Positions 46,567 through 56,800 of a stretch of 64,000 nucleotides of DNA are shown here, in pieces; the first letter of the stretch is position 1; the number at the start of each line of letters is the position of its first letter. A program made the position numbers and the translations under genes. The notes below the pieces were generated by a model. That model saw only the letters and a list, made by a program, of their open reading frames with translations, made no database searches and was not told where the DNA came from. The stretch spans positions 37,461-101,460 of the forward strand of contig CAVRPK010000007.1 in assembly GCA_963723105.1 (NCBI GenBank). The letters run 5' to 3'. Source of the stretch: an uncultured Candidatus Micrarchaeota archaeon. GTDB lineage: Archaea; Micrarchaeota; Micrarchaeia; Anstonellales; Bilamarchaeaceae.

Positions 46567-49500
46567 ATGAGCAAGCTTGTTCTTTTTTTTCTTTTATTTT
46601 TCATTACTTTAGTGAATTCAGGATTCTTGCGGCCGTGGGAAAATCAAACTTGGATCAGTACTAATCCATCTATCTATTCCGATGGTGTAGAAATCTGGTG
46701 GAATATTCCCGAACTGGACAAATCCCTCAATTCCATTTATCTTGATCATCTTCCTGCAAACACTTCTGTTGATTCATACATATCAAATGCACAGACCTAT
46801 CTAACACTTGCCAAAAATAATTCTAATTCATGCACACATGCCGTTGTTTTAGCTCCTCTATTCATATCCTCGCATGTTATTCATGCAGAACGTGTCTTTT
46901 ATGCTGCAACAATCACGAGTATAGATGATTGCATGAGGTATAAAACTAATTGGAGACTCACTTTTGATTATTCTCTCAAAGCAATTGAAAAAAGCGAAAC
47001 AACGGCCATCGAATCTATTCAAGAATCGCAAGAAATCTACGAAGAAATCTACTTTACTGGTATCTGCAACCAAAATTTCTCCCACAGGAATGATAATTAT
47101 TGTGATCGCGCATCTGCAGCATTTACTACTATTGATTCTGGACTTACTGAAGGAGAATTTGGGGGCTATAATATTTTTCTGAAGAGCGTAGGTAATCTAA
47201 AAACACAACTTAATCATCCAACTCCAGATTTTTCAGAAGCAGAAGTTCTACTCAATTTAGTCTGGGGTCGCAACGGCATTGTTCCAACATTTTCAAATCT
47301 TTCACAAACCGGAATCAATTTCAAAAATTCAACAGAAAAAAGTTTTGATTTATTGCTTGTACAAACAGAAGGAAAAAAAGTGTCATTGGAAGCTGAACTT
47401 TCATCTCTTGAGAAACAAAAACTCCATCTAATACACCTGGCTCCTTCTTCTTTTGTTGCACAAAAATCTGGTACGATCTCATATCTCTTCTCGGATTTAA
47501 AACAGCAAAAATCACTTGCGGATATCGATCTTCAAACATATTCCCTAATGCGAAAAAATATATTCCGAGCTAATTACTTATCTTTATCAATGATGGGTGT
47601 TAGTAATATTAATCAAGACTACTCCTCATTAATCATAGAGAGCACCATTCTCTTTGAAAATGCCAAACAAACTGTTGTACAACAGCGTACAAATGCCCTG
47701 GATCAAATCAACACTGTCAACTCCATGAAAAATCCTTCTCCAGAAACTCTAGAACTTCTTGATGAGGCAAAACAAATTTTTGGGAAAGGAGAGCAAAGCA
47801 AGGCATTGGGAGATCAATTTATCTGTTATTCAGAGGCTCTTATTCTTGCTCGAACTGCTGCAAGCCAAAGAAATTATGAAAATGAACTTACAATAAAAAC
47901 TTCTCTTAAAGAGCTCAAACTATTAATTGAAAATGCAAAAAAAGATGAAATAAATGTGGTTGTTGAAGAGGAAAATTTTGCATTGCTAACTAATCTTGAA
48001 AATTATCAGATAGATATGCACGTACAATCTGCCATTAAAACCATAATCTCTAAAGCACAAATAAAATACGAACAAGATCTGTTAGGTACTAGGTCAGAGA
48101 TTCTCGATAAACTCTCATCCGCTGGTGATTCTGCTGCGGATCTTTATACTGATCTTGAGATTTATGAGCAGGATATTGTACTGGCTAATAGGATTATGTA
48201 TCCAGGTTCTATAGGGAGACTCAAAGAACTTCGTGAGAACTATTTATATCTAAATTCAGAGCTCGATCAATATCTCGGCGATGTCGTTGGAAATTCCATG
48301 TCTGTAAAAGCAACTCCTATTTTTTCCGAAGTTTTGCTCGATCAACCTGTCGATATTTTTCTAGATTTAGTACTTACAAACCCTAAACCATATGCTGCTA
48401 AGAATGTCCAAGTTCCTATTCTTTTTGACTCTCCAATTTCTTTTCTTTATTCGGATATTGAATCTGGTCAGGATTCTGTTGAAAGTTTATTTTTTGAAGG
48501 AGATGCACTGATCTTGGTTTTTGATTCTGTAGATGCATTTGACTCCAAACATGTTACGTTCAAAAAGAAGAGTATACTTGCACATACTCGTTCTGAGGAT
48601 CTTGTTGCAACCGGAATAGGTAATGATGCTGCATATGTTGTTGGGACCCTGAATTTTGAGCTTGATACTAGCATATCACATCTAGACCTTCCTCAGGATC
48701 CCTCCAACATAACTATTGATGGGGCTACGCCTGATCGGGAATTGCAAGCGGGACATCATAAGTTGACCTACGAAAAAATAGTTCATAATGCCTATTCTGA
48801 ATCTAAAAAGAATATTAAAGCGTATTCACTGGGAATTAATAGTCAAATTGAATATGATATAGAAATTATCCCAACAATGAATCTTGATTCAGTTCCAGTT
48901 CTTATTAATTCCATAAATAATTCTCAAGCGTCTTCATTGCGTGTTTTTGCAGCTACTGGAGAAAGTATTGTCGGACTAAAACGTCTTTCCGAAACACAAT
49001 CTAGTGCTACTGTAAAAAATCTAAAAAAATCCAATCCAACCATATTGAAAGTTTCGTATATCGTTGAAGATACTGAATCATATGTTAAGGCCCAACTTAC
49101 CACACTTACTCAGCTGAACTCTAGTTCTAGTTCACAAAAGATCCTCGACCAAGCAAAGTTTCAAGCTGCAAATAGCAATTATACCAAAGCACTTGAACTT
49201 ATTGATCAATTCAAAACTTCCCTTATATCCGAAGAAAAAACTACAGCTAAGTTGCAAAAGAAATTCATCGAATTACAGTTTGATTTTCTTGATGAGCTGG
49301 ATGAAATTAACTATGTGATTCCAAATGCTCCAACTAATTCTTCATTTGTTAATAAACTCATAGCGCGACAAGATGAGCTTGAGAGGGTTTCTGAAGACCT
49401 TTCAAATTCTAATCTTAGTCAAAAAGTTTTTCTCCTTGAAAAAATGGATTTTAAATGGAAATCCAAGGAAATAACCAATCTAAAAAAATCAAGTTATGCC

Positions 49501-50265
49501 GAATATAATGATCTCAAAGAAAGATTTTTTGAGGCCGGCAATTCAACTACCCCTGTTCATTTTTTGGAATTTGAAAATGCACTAACCAAGTTGGAAGTTG
49601 GTTCTCGTTTAGAATATGCCATTGAAGTAGTATCCAGGCTTGATGCTGTAAGAACTACAGTAATTGCCCAAGAAAACATGACTACTTTTGAAAAAAATAT
49701 TCGGAAAGAAAAATTTGAGAAATTGAAACTGGATTCTGAAATTGTTTTAGATCAATATCTCAAACAAGCTTCTGCTGCCAAGGGTACGGAGTTTAGCGGC
49801 ATGTTTACTGAATCTGAAAGAAAGGTTACCTCACTTATCAAAGAAGTGGAATCGGCCTTGGACTCAGATCTCAGAGTATTCTCCATCAAACTTTCCACAT
49901 TAAATACGAGCAAATCGCATATGCATGACACTCTTTCATCGTTGGAATCTCAAAGTTCTGCGAAAACTTCTCTAATCCTTTCTCTTCTGCAACAATCTGA
50001 TCTCACTGATCAAAAAAGAAGCACCGTACTTGAAAAACTCCGTTCCATGGAACAGATGCATGAGTCTGGAGACTATGTCAACGCTCTTCGTGCAGGTTCA
50101 TTAATAGCCAAAGAATTGAGTTCTACTGAAGAATCTGACGGATCCCCTCTTCTTATCCTTGGAATAACTGCTCTAGCAGTACTCGCTGTTATCGGCGCAT
50201 ATATGGCAAAGCAGAAAAAACCCAAGAAGGAATTTAAGAAAGTCCCGAAAATCACCGAATTTTGA
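46567..50265 (+). CDS. Large (about 1230 aa) secreted, C-terminally membrane-anchored protein
   Basis: Signal peptide MSKLVLFFLLFFITLVNS; helical-beta-helical organisation; C-terminal TM followed by a Lys-rich tail. Confidence 0.8.
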   Translation: MSKLVLFFLLFFITLVNSGFLRPWENQTWISTNPSIYSDGVEIWWNIPELDKSLNSIYLDHLPANTSVDSYISNAQTYLTLAKNNSNSCTHAVVLAPLFISSHVIHAERVFYAATITSIDDCMRYKTNWRLTFDYSLKAIEKSETTAIESIQESQEIYEEIYFTGICNQNFSHRNDNYCDRASAAFTTIDSGLTEGEFGGYNIFLKSVGNLKTQLNHPTPDFSEAEVLLNLVWGRNGIVPTFSNLSQTGINFKNSTEKSFDLLLVQTEGKKVSLEAELSSLEKQKLHLIHLAPSSFVAQKSGTISYLFSDLKQQKSLADIDLQTYSLMRKNIFRANYLSLSMMGVSNINQDYSSLIIESTILFENAKQTVVQQRTNALDQINTVNSMKNPSPETLELLDEAKQIFGKGEQSKALGDQFICYSEALILARTAASQRNYENELTIKTSLKELKLLIENAKKDEINVVVEEENFALLTNLENYQIDMHVQSAIKTIISKAQIKYEQDLLGTRSEILDKLSSAGDSAADLYTDLEIYEQDIVLANRIMYPGSIGRLKELRENYLYLNSELDQYLGDVVGNSMSVKATPIFSEVLLDQPVDIFLDLVLTNPKPYAAKNVQVPILFDSPISFLYSDIESGQDSVESLFFEGDALILVFDSVDAFDSKHVTFKKKSILAHTRSEDLVATGIGNDAAYVVGTLNFELDTSISHLDLPQDPSNITIDGATPDRELQAGHHKLTYEKIVHNAYSESKKNIKAYSLGINSQIEYDIEIIPTMNLDSVPVLINSINNSQASSLRVFAATGESIVGLKRLSETQSSATVKNLKKSNPTILKVSYIVEDTESYVKAQLTTLTQLNSSSSSQKILDQAKFQAANSNYTKALELIDQFKTSLISEEKTTAKLQKKFIELQFDFLDELDEINYVIPNAPTNSSFVNKLIARQDELERVSEDLSNSNLSQKVFLLEKMDFKWKSKEITNLKKSSYAEYNDLKERFFEAGNSTTPVHFLEFENALTKLEVGSRLEYAIEVVSRLDAVRTTVIAQENMTTFEKNIRKEKFEKLKLDSEIVLDQYLKQASAAKGTEFSGMFTESERKVTSLIKEVESALDSDLRVFSIKLSTLNTSKSHMHDTLSSLESQSSAKTSLILSLLQQSDLTDQKRSTVLEKLRSMEQMHESGDYVNALRAGSLIAKELSSTEESDGSPLLILGITALAVLAVIGAYMAKQKKPKKEFKKVPKITEF

Positions 50266-50508
50266 GGTATTAATAATATAGTAACCGATTTCTATACCTT
50301 TTTCACCATTTATCCTAACTATTTCACTGTTTTTCAGTAAAAAAACATTTTTTCGAGGTGGCTTATGTTAAATCTAACAGTATTCTTTTATAAGGAATGA
50401 TTTTTACACTAGCTTTTTGTGGAAAAAGTATAAATAAAACAAATGTTAGATACAGTATGGGTTGAGGGAATCAGTGAATTGCTGTTTTTCCTAAAATGGG
50501 GGGATAAA

Positions 50509-50604
50509 ATGTCAGTTGTTGAAGTAGCAAAAGTCTGTGGAGAGAAAACCGTTGGGTCAGTAACCTTCACAGAACTTTGGGTTGGAGAGTATGAGCGTAG
50601 TTAA
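50509..50604 (+). CDS. Putative 31-aa peptide MSVVEVAKVCGEKTVGSVTFTELWVGEYERS
   Basis: GGGGGA SD; BRE/TATA-like GAAAAAGTATAAATA about 50422-50436; overlaps the next small ORF. Confidence 0.4.
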   Translation: MSVVEVAKVCGEKTVGSVTFTELWVGEYERS

Positions 50605-50698
50605 TGTACTTGCAGTTCCGTTTCAAAGCGATGAAGCGGTATATGCATTGCTAGGACTATTGGTAGTAGTTTCACTGTGGGCAGTTGGCGGTATCTAG
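50591..50698 (+). CDS. Putative 35-aa single-TM microprotein MSVVNVLAVPFQSDEAVYALLGLLVVVSLWAVGGI
   Basis: GGAG SD; hydrophobic helix. Its stop overlaps the radA stop by 4 nt (CTAG), as in other convergent pairs in this window. Confidence 0.55.
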   Translation: MSVVNVLAVPFQSDEAVYALLGLLVVVSLWAVGGI

Positions 50699-51651
50699 TC
50701 GGATATACCTTTGGATCCGACTGTAAATACTGCCTCTCCTTCAGGAAGATTTGGGGAGTCAACTAATCTTGCAATTCTTTTTTCTCCTTTACTCTTCCTA
50801 ACATACAGTCTGTATGTTGACATATGAGCTAGTACATTCCCTCCAATTGGTGTTGTAGGGTCTCCAAATAAAATACCTGGATTATCCATAACCTGATTGG
50901 TTACATATACTGCCAGATTGTATTTTTCTGCGAGCTTTTGCAATGTGTGGACATGCTTGTTCAGTTTTTGCTGTCTCTCGCCAAGAGCTCCTCGTCCAAG
51001 ATAATCTGCTCTAAAGTGTGAAGTTAGAGAATCAATAACAATAAGCTTGATATTATTCTTTTCAATCACTTCACTACTTCTCTCAAGTAGAATAATCTGA
51101 TGATCACTATTTTCTGCTCTTGCAACATGTATATTTTTCAGAACACTATCTACATCCATTCCATTTGCTTCTGCGAGTTGTACTATTCTCTCTGGTCTGA
51201 ATGTTGCTTCAGAATCTATGAATAGTGTTCCTCCACCAAGTCCTCCTTCTTCTGTAGGCCTTTGAACATTTACTGCAAGTTGGAATCCAAGCTGGCTTTT
51301 TCCACTTGAGAATCTCCCATACATTTCAGTAATCGACATGGTTTCAACTCCCCCTCCGAGAAGTTCATTGAGGGCTTTGGAATTTGTAGCAATTCTGGAA
51401 ATATGTTTTCTTCTCTCAAAGACAGCATCTGCAGTTTCAAAACCGATCTCCACCATTGTTTTTGAAGCTTCGATTGCTTTTTTTGCTGATTCTACTCCCA
51501 TTCCAGCTGCCTCTGCAACCTCATGTGGGTTTGCAGCTGCTAGGCTTGAAAATTCTCCATACCCACTTGTCCGCAATTTTTCTGCAGTAATTTCTCCAAC
51601 ACCAGGAAGGTCTTCCAAATCTCTATAATATTTCTTTTTATCGTCTGCCAT
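50695..51651 (-). CDS. radA: DNA repair and recombination protein RadA
   Basis: N-terminal HhH LEDLPGVG, GRFSSGKSQ, TFRPERI, DSLTSHFR and RLVDSPNLPEGE. Confidence 0.97.
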   Translation of the reverse strand: MADDKKKYYRDLEDLPGVGEITAEKLRTSGYGEFSSLAAANPHEVAEAAGMGVESAKKAIEASKTMVEIGFETADAVFERRKHISRIATNSKALNELLGGGVETMSITEMYGRFSSGKSQLGFQLAVNVQRPTEEGGLGGGTLFIDSEATFRPERIVQLAEANGMDVDSVLKNIHVARAENSDHQIILLERSSEVIEKNNIKLIVIDSLTSHFRADYLGRGALGERQQKLNKHVHTLQKLAEKYNLAVYVTNQVMDNPGILFGDPTTPIGGNVLAHMSTYRLYVRKSKGEKRIARLVDSPNLPEGEAVFTVGSKGISD

Positions 51652-51661
51652 ATCTATCGCC

Positions 51662-51928
51662 TCACTTGTTGTTTGGGAACACGAGCAGCTTTAGCTGTCC
51701 TATCTTAAGTGTGTAAAAAACATTTCCATTCTTCGAAACATTTTTCCACATTCCACCTACATTAGAATAAACTACATTTCCATCTTTATCTCGATCTGCC
51801 TGAACAACTCGCATATCTGGTCTATTGGAGCTAGCATCACTACTACTAGTTCCAGATGAACTTGATCCCTTATCCACTTGGACCTCTTCAAATCCCTCTT
51901 CATTCAACTTTACTTCACTTTCTTTCAT
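51662..51928 (-). CDS. Small DUF736-like protein co-transcribed with radA
   Basis: NVGGMWKNVSKNGNVFYTLKIG motif; GGAGG SD; 10-nt gap to radA. Confidence 0.65.
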   Translation of the reverse strand: MKESEVKLNEEGFEEVQVDKGSSSSGTSSSDASSNRPDMRVVQADRDKDGNVVYSNVGGMWKNVSKNGNVFYTLKIGQLKLLVFPNNK

Positions 51929-51952
51929 ATCAAAACCCTCCTTGGCAAAAGC

Positions 51953-51991
51953 CCCTGAGTATATACCTATACTATAAGTATATACTAAGGG
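51953..51991. promoter_or_regulatory. 14-bp inverted repeat (13/14) CCCTGAGTATATAC-N11-GTATATACTAAGGG upstream of the radA operon
   Basis: Read directly. It lies between the minus-strand TATA-like box (about 52006-52015) and the SD. Confidence 0.55.
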
Positions 51992-52098
51992 ATAGGAATT
52001 TCAACTTATTAAAAGCTAGAGAGGGCTTATTTCCGCGGGCAGTTCTCACTTTACTTCTATGCAATTCGAACTAATAAAACTCAAAAAAGAAGAAGAAA

Positions 52099-52353
52099 TT
52101 ATACAGGCTTAAGCAAACCTGAAGATTGTTCTTGTAAGAATGATGCAGCACCTGCAATTGCGCCTACGATAAATCCGCCGATTACAATACTAATCGCAGC
52201 TGCTTGCCATTTTCCTCTCGAATCTGGAGGTTGAGTTTGCGCAACTCCGTACATAATTCCTCCAAGAATAATTAGAATTAATGAGATTATTGGCGCAATA
52301 GCTGAAAGAAAACCAGCTATGTTTGATGCTACAACCTCTAGTCCAACTGCCAT
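52099..52353 (-). CDS. Small two-TM TrbC/VirB2 pilin-like protein
   Basis: 84 aa; two hydrophobic helices separated by a short QTQPPDSRGK loop. Confidence 0.6.
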   Translation of the reverse strand: MAVGLEVVASNIAGFLSAIAPIISLILIILGGIMYGVAQTQPPDSRGKWQAAAISIVIGGFIVGAIAGAASFLQEQSSGLLKPV

Positions 52354-52390
52354 CGAATTATGATAAGCAGTAAAGGCTTATAAACGTCTC

Positions 52391-53392
52391 TCAAGCCTTA
52401 GCCAGTGATTTTACAAAGTCAACCAGTCTGCTGGAATATCCATATTCATTGTCATACCATGCAGATATTTTCACAAGTTTTCCGTTTGCTTTTGTCAGAT
52501 TTCCATCAACAATTGCTGATCTTGAATCTCCAATAATATCTGAAGATACTAGAGGCTCTTCCGTATACCCAAGAATCCCTTTAAACTCATTTTCAGAAGC
52601 TTTCTTTAATGCAGAATTAATCTCTTGTGCACTTGCCTCTTTTTTGAGTAGAAGTGCAATGTCATTCATTGATCCATCTGGAACAGGAACTCTGAATGAA
52701 ACTCCATCCATTTTTCCATTGAGCTCTGGCATAACCTCGCCAATTGCCTTTGCTGCTCCTGTTGTTGTTGGAATAATATTCACTGCGCCTGCTCGCGCTC
52801 TTCTCAAATCTTTGTGGCTACCATCAACAATTTTCTGATCATTGGTATATGCATGAATCGTGCTCAGAAATCCGCTTTCGATTCCAAATTCGCGTTCAAT
52901 TATTTTTACTACAGGACCCAGACAATTTGTGGTGCATGAAGCTAGTGAGATTATTTTCTTTTCCTCGTCCATAACTTCATCATTTACTCCAGGAACAATC
53001 GTGGCATCAACCTCTTTTCCAGGAGCTGAAATCAAAACTAATTTCGCTCCAGCTTCCAAGTGTTTTGTTGCGTCTGCTTTAGACCTGAATTTGCCTGTGC
53101 TCTCAAGAACAAGGTCAACTCCAAGCTCTTTCCATGGAAGTTTTTCCGGATCTGTTTCCTGAATCCATTTGATTTTGTATCCATTGACAACAAACTCGTC
53201 TCCGTTTCCTTCTACTGTTCCATTGAATTTGCCATAAACAGAATCATATTTGAACATATGAACATGCCCACTGACATCGCTTCTTGTGTTTATTGCAACG
53301 ATATCAAATTGTCTGCCAAGAACTCCCTGAGCAATTGCTGCTCGAAGAAATGATTTTCCAATTCTTCCAAATCCGCTTATTGCAATTTTCAT
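52391..53392 (-). CDS. gap: Glyceraldehyde-3-phosphate dehydrogenase, type I (bacterial type)
   Basis: GFGRIG, ASCTTNCL, NIIPTTTGAAKA, FRVPV and WYDNEYGYS. Confidence 0.96.
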   Translation of the reverse strand: MKIAISGFGRIGKSFLRAAIAQGVLGRQFDIVAINTRSDVSGHVHMFKYDSVYGKFNGTVEGNGDEFVVNGYKIKWIQETDPEKLPWKELGVDLVLESTGKFRSKADATKHLEAGAKLVLISAPGKEVDATIVPGVNDEVMDEEKKIISLASCTTNCLGPVVKIIEREFGIESGFLSTIHAYTNDQKIVDGSHKDLRRARAGAVNIIPTTTGAAKAIGEVMPELNGKMDGVSFRVPVPDGSMNDIALLLKKEASAQEINSALKKASENEFKGILGYTEEPLVSSDIIGDSRSAIVDGNLTKANGKLVKISAWYDNEYGYSSRLVDFVKSLAKA

Positions 53393-53440
53393 CTTAATTT
53401 CGCCTCACAAATAGTGTATAATCTATCGTTTCCTAGACTA

Positions 53441-53764
53441 TTAATCCTTTTCTATTGCCATCAAATACATCACAAAAGAGCTCAATATGAACATTATGAA
53501 CACCACGGCATCAAAACCTGATCTGATGTAGCTGTCTATCAGTAAAAATAACCAAAACGCAAAAGATGCAATTCCCATCGCCCTCTTTGCCTTTCCTTTT
53601 TTTGGCAGGTACTTGTATCCAGTTGCAGATGCAAATGACAGTGCAAATCCCATCAGCCACATCATACTTATGTCAAGCTCAGATGAAACAACCATTGCAG
53701 CATATATTGCAAGTGGTACAAACAATAGATACGCCAATACGAAAATGGTTCCTTCTTTCATCAT
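53441..53764 (-). CDS. Small four-TM hypothetical membrane protein
   Basis: 107 aa with four hydrophobic segments. Confidence 0.65.
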   Translation of the reverse strand: MMKEGTIFVLAYLLFVPLAIYAAMVVSSELDISMMWLMGFALSFASATGYKYLPKKGKAKRAMGIASFAFWLFLLIDSYIRSGFDAVVFIMFILSSFVMYLMAIEKD

Positions 53765-53822
53765 TATCTCTCACTTACTATGTATTTATATTATTAGTAT
53801 CCCCTCTTTCTTCCGTGAAACC

Positions 53823-56800
53823 ATGAAAGTAAACCTAAAGAAATTCGGTGCAATTGTTGCAGGTGCAACAATTCTGGCAAGTTCAGCTGCTTTTGCTGCT
53901 GTAACTTTTGGATCAACCACATTGGTTGATGACAGTGGCGCTCCTCTTGCAAAAGTAGCTCTTGGAAGCAACTCTGCTCCATCTGATGCTGTTGTTGCAT
54001 CAATGATTGCAGGAAAGCTTGCAAGTGCAACTTACAAGAGTGAAACACTCACTGCTTCAGTATCCGGAACTGCAACTTGCAGCGGAGATGATGAAGGAAA
54101 CTCTTCAGGAACCTGTTCAATCAGCAATGAGAAGGCCAGGTTAGAAATCACTGTTCCAGGCTCAGTAGCAGCAGGAACATGGACTGGAGACAACCTCATT
54201 GGTGACTTCCTAAACAGGGATCTCTTTGACAGAGAACCAAATGCAGATCCCACAGATTCTGACCAGGCATATGAAAATGGTGGATCTGACACTTCTGAGA
54301 ATGCAAACCCATTCACAGATGGTTCAGGTGCAGACATTGGTGTATCTGAAGAGTTTATGTACAACATTGATGGTGGAATGTTCTCACCATTTGCAGATGC
54401 AACTTTGACTGATACAGACTCTGGAAACACATATGTAGAAATGCAGAATCTCTGGGTAAAAGGTGACAACCACTTTGATGAAGATCCAGATGATGTTGTT
54501 GGAGACCTTGACTTCATTGCATACACTTTGAAGTTTGATGGTCCAGGTGGAGATGAGCTTGGTATTCCAGTATGTACTGAATCCGAGGACAATGACTTCT
54601 CATTCTGTAAAGGAGCAAACGGTGACATTGATGATGCAACTGAAACCCACAGACTAAAAGTATGGTTCTTGGGTGAAGAGTGGATTATCAGTGAAATGAA
54701 TGCACCAACTCCTTCAGATGTAACAAATGAGAATGTACTTGTAAACGGTGGTTCAGTTAAGCTTGCAAAGGAATCAGTTGGTGGTATCCTTAACCAGGGA
54801 GAATTCCTCCAGGTTGATGATCTAAAATTCCAACTAGATGATCTTGAAGCTCACGGAGACACAACTTCTGCAATTCTCTCTGTTCTTGATGCCAATGACA
54901 ACATTTTGGAAAAGGACAAGGTAGATCCAGGAGACACAAAAGAGATGAACGTAAACGGCAAGGAATACAGATTCCACGTATACAAAGTAGCTCCAGGTTA
55001 TACATTTGGTGCTAAGTGGGCCGACGTTGCTATCTTCTCACATGAAATTGAATGTGAAGATGGTCAGGATCTTGACTCTGATGAAAATACCAATCCACAC
55101 TATGAGTGCGCACTTGGATGGAAGAACATGGATGCAGAAACCGGAGCACCAGTTGCTGACGGTGGAGACCCAGAAAATCCAGATACTCTAAGAACCTTGG
55201 TTATCTTTACAGATGATGTAGAAGATGTATCAAGCTCTGGTGAATCTGAACTTGAAGCAGGTGACTATGTATCACTTGTTGAAGAGCCAACTGCATGGAA
55301 GCTTTCATATAAAGGACTTGATGTTGCTGAGGATGACAGGTACAACCTTAAGTTTGAAATAAAAACTTCTGATAAAGAAATTTCAGCAAATAAGGGACCA
55401 TACACAAGTTGTGATGATGGCAGTATGCCAACATTCTACCCAACTACTTGTGGCGGCGGCGCAAATCCAGTTCAGGCCAAATGCGTTATTTATGCACCAT
55501 ACATAGAAGTAAGCTCTGGCGCTACTGGTTCAGTCTTTGAAGTAGATAGATCTGATGTTGGCGGAGATTTGTCTGATAATGAATTCTATGTTGTATTATC
55601 TGCAGATCCAGGCAATCCAACTGGCGCAGTTTTTGCAGCGACATGTGATGCAACAAACAGTGGAGAAGCTGCAGATGATTTCCCCAACCAATTTCAGTCA
55701 GTTGGTGCTGGTGAGGACCTTGGTCTTCATCAAGGTACTGTGTTTATGAAATTGTCATCTTCATCAAATGACTACGGAATCTTGGATTATGTCGATTCTT
55801 CAAATGGCAACTTTGGAACTGGAGGAACTACAAAATCTGATGTTGGTACTGAAGTTCGCTACGAGGACATTGGAGATGGCGATCATGATTTTGCCCCTCC
55901 AGACGGAGGAGTTATTGTAATCGAAGGAACCTCATTCAGTGCATCTGGCTATAATGGTGTTGGTGATGATGTTGCAGCTTCAGGTGAGGAGAATCAAATT
56001 GAAGATCTTCTTCAGTCTCTTGCACCAGGAAGCGGAACTGCTGGCTGGAATTCCGGAACTCCGGAACTGCTCTTTGCAATAGCCGAAAAAGCAGGAACAG
56101 GATCATCCAGCGAATTTGTTGACTATTGGGTGTTTGGTGTTGAAGATTCTGATGCCGGCCCATCAGATGCTACATTTGACTTTAATTCTGAGCATTATGA
56201 TGGTACGCAAGTAACATCTGATGATGAGGAAATACTTTATGGACATGCAGTATCAAATCCTGGAGCTGGAGATAGTTGTGCATTTGGAGCAACAGAATTT
56301 TACTGTGGCCCAGAAGTATCTGGTCCAATTGATTCCAATATGCAACTGGTAGAAGAAGGATACATCTCAGAGCGTGGTTCTGTCTTTGACATGATAGATG
56401 ACAACACAGTTGAATTCGACATGGCACACAGACTCATTAGAGCAGAGTGGTGGTTAGGCCCTTCTGAAACATCTTCAGCTAGCGACTCAACAACTGTAGT
56501 AACTCTTGGAGAAGGTGAATCAACAACAGTAGGTGGAGTAACTGTAAAAGTACTTGAAATCACCGAAGATGTTGGTGCATGCAGCGCAGCAGGCGGTGCA
56601 GTATCCTGTACAGCTGATATGAGCGGAGTTAGTGCATTAGTTATGCCAAACAATGCACCATCAGTAGAAGTAGCAGTTCCATACTCTGGAAACTACGGAA
56701 ACCTTGTTGTGCTTGATACTGATGCAGTTGGACTCAACACTGTTATTGCAGTAGGTGGAGATGCAGTCAACTCTGTAAGCCTTGATCTTCTTGCAGACTC

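Noticed and set aside
50346-50373. dif-like site: TTATGTTAAAT equals the E. coli XerD arm
   Set aside because: The left arm (CATTTTTTCGA) lacks the inverted ATAA half-site, and one AT-rich 11-mer can occur by chance in 64 kb.
50365-50400. 11-codon ORF MLNLTVFFYKE after GAGGTG
   Set aside because: Too short to support on an SD match alone.
2926-50698. Recurrent 4-nt stop-codon overlaps between convergent genes
   Set aside because: A common consequence of genome compaction; used only as supporting evidence for ORF calls.
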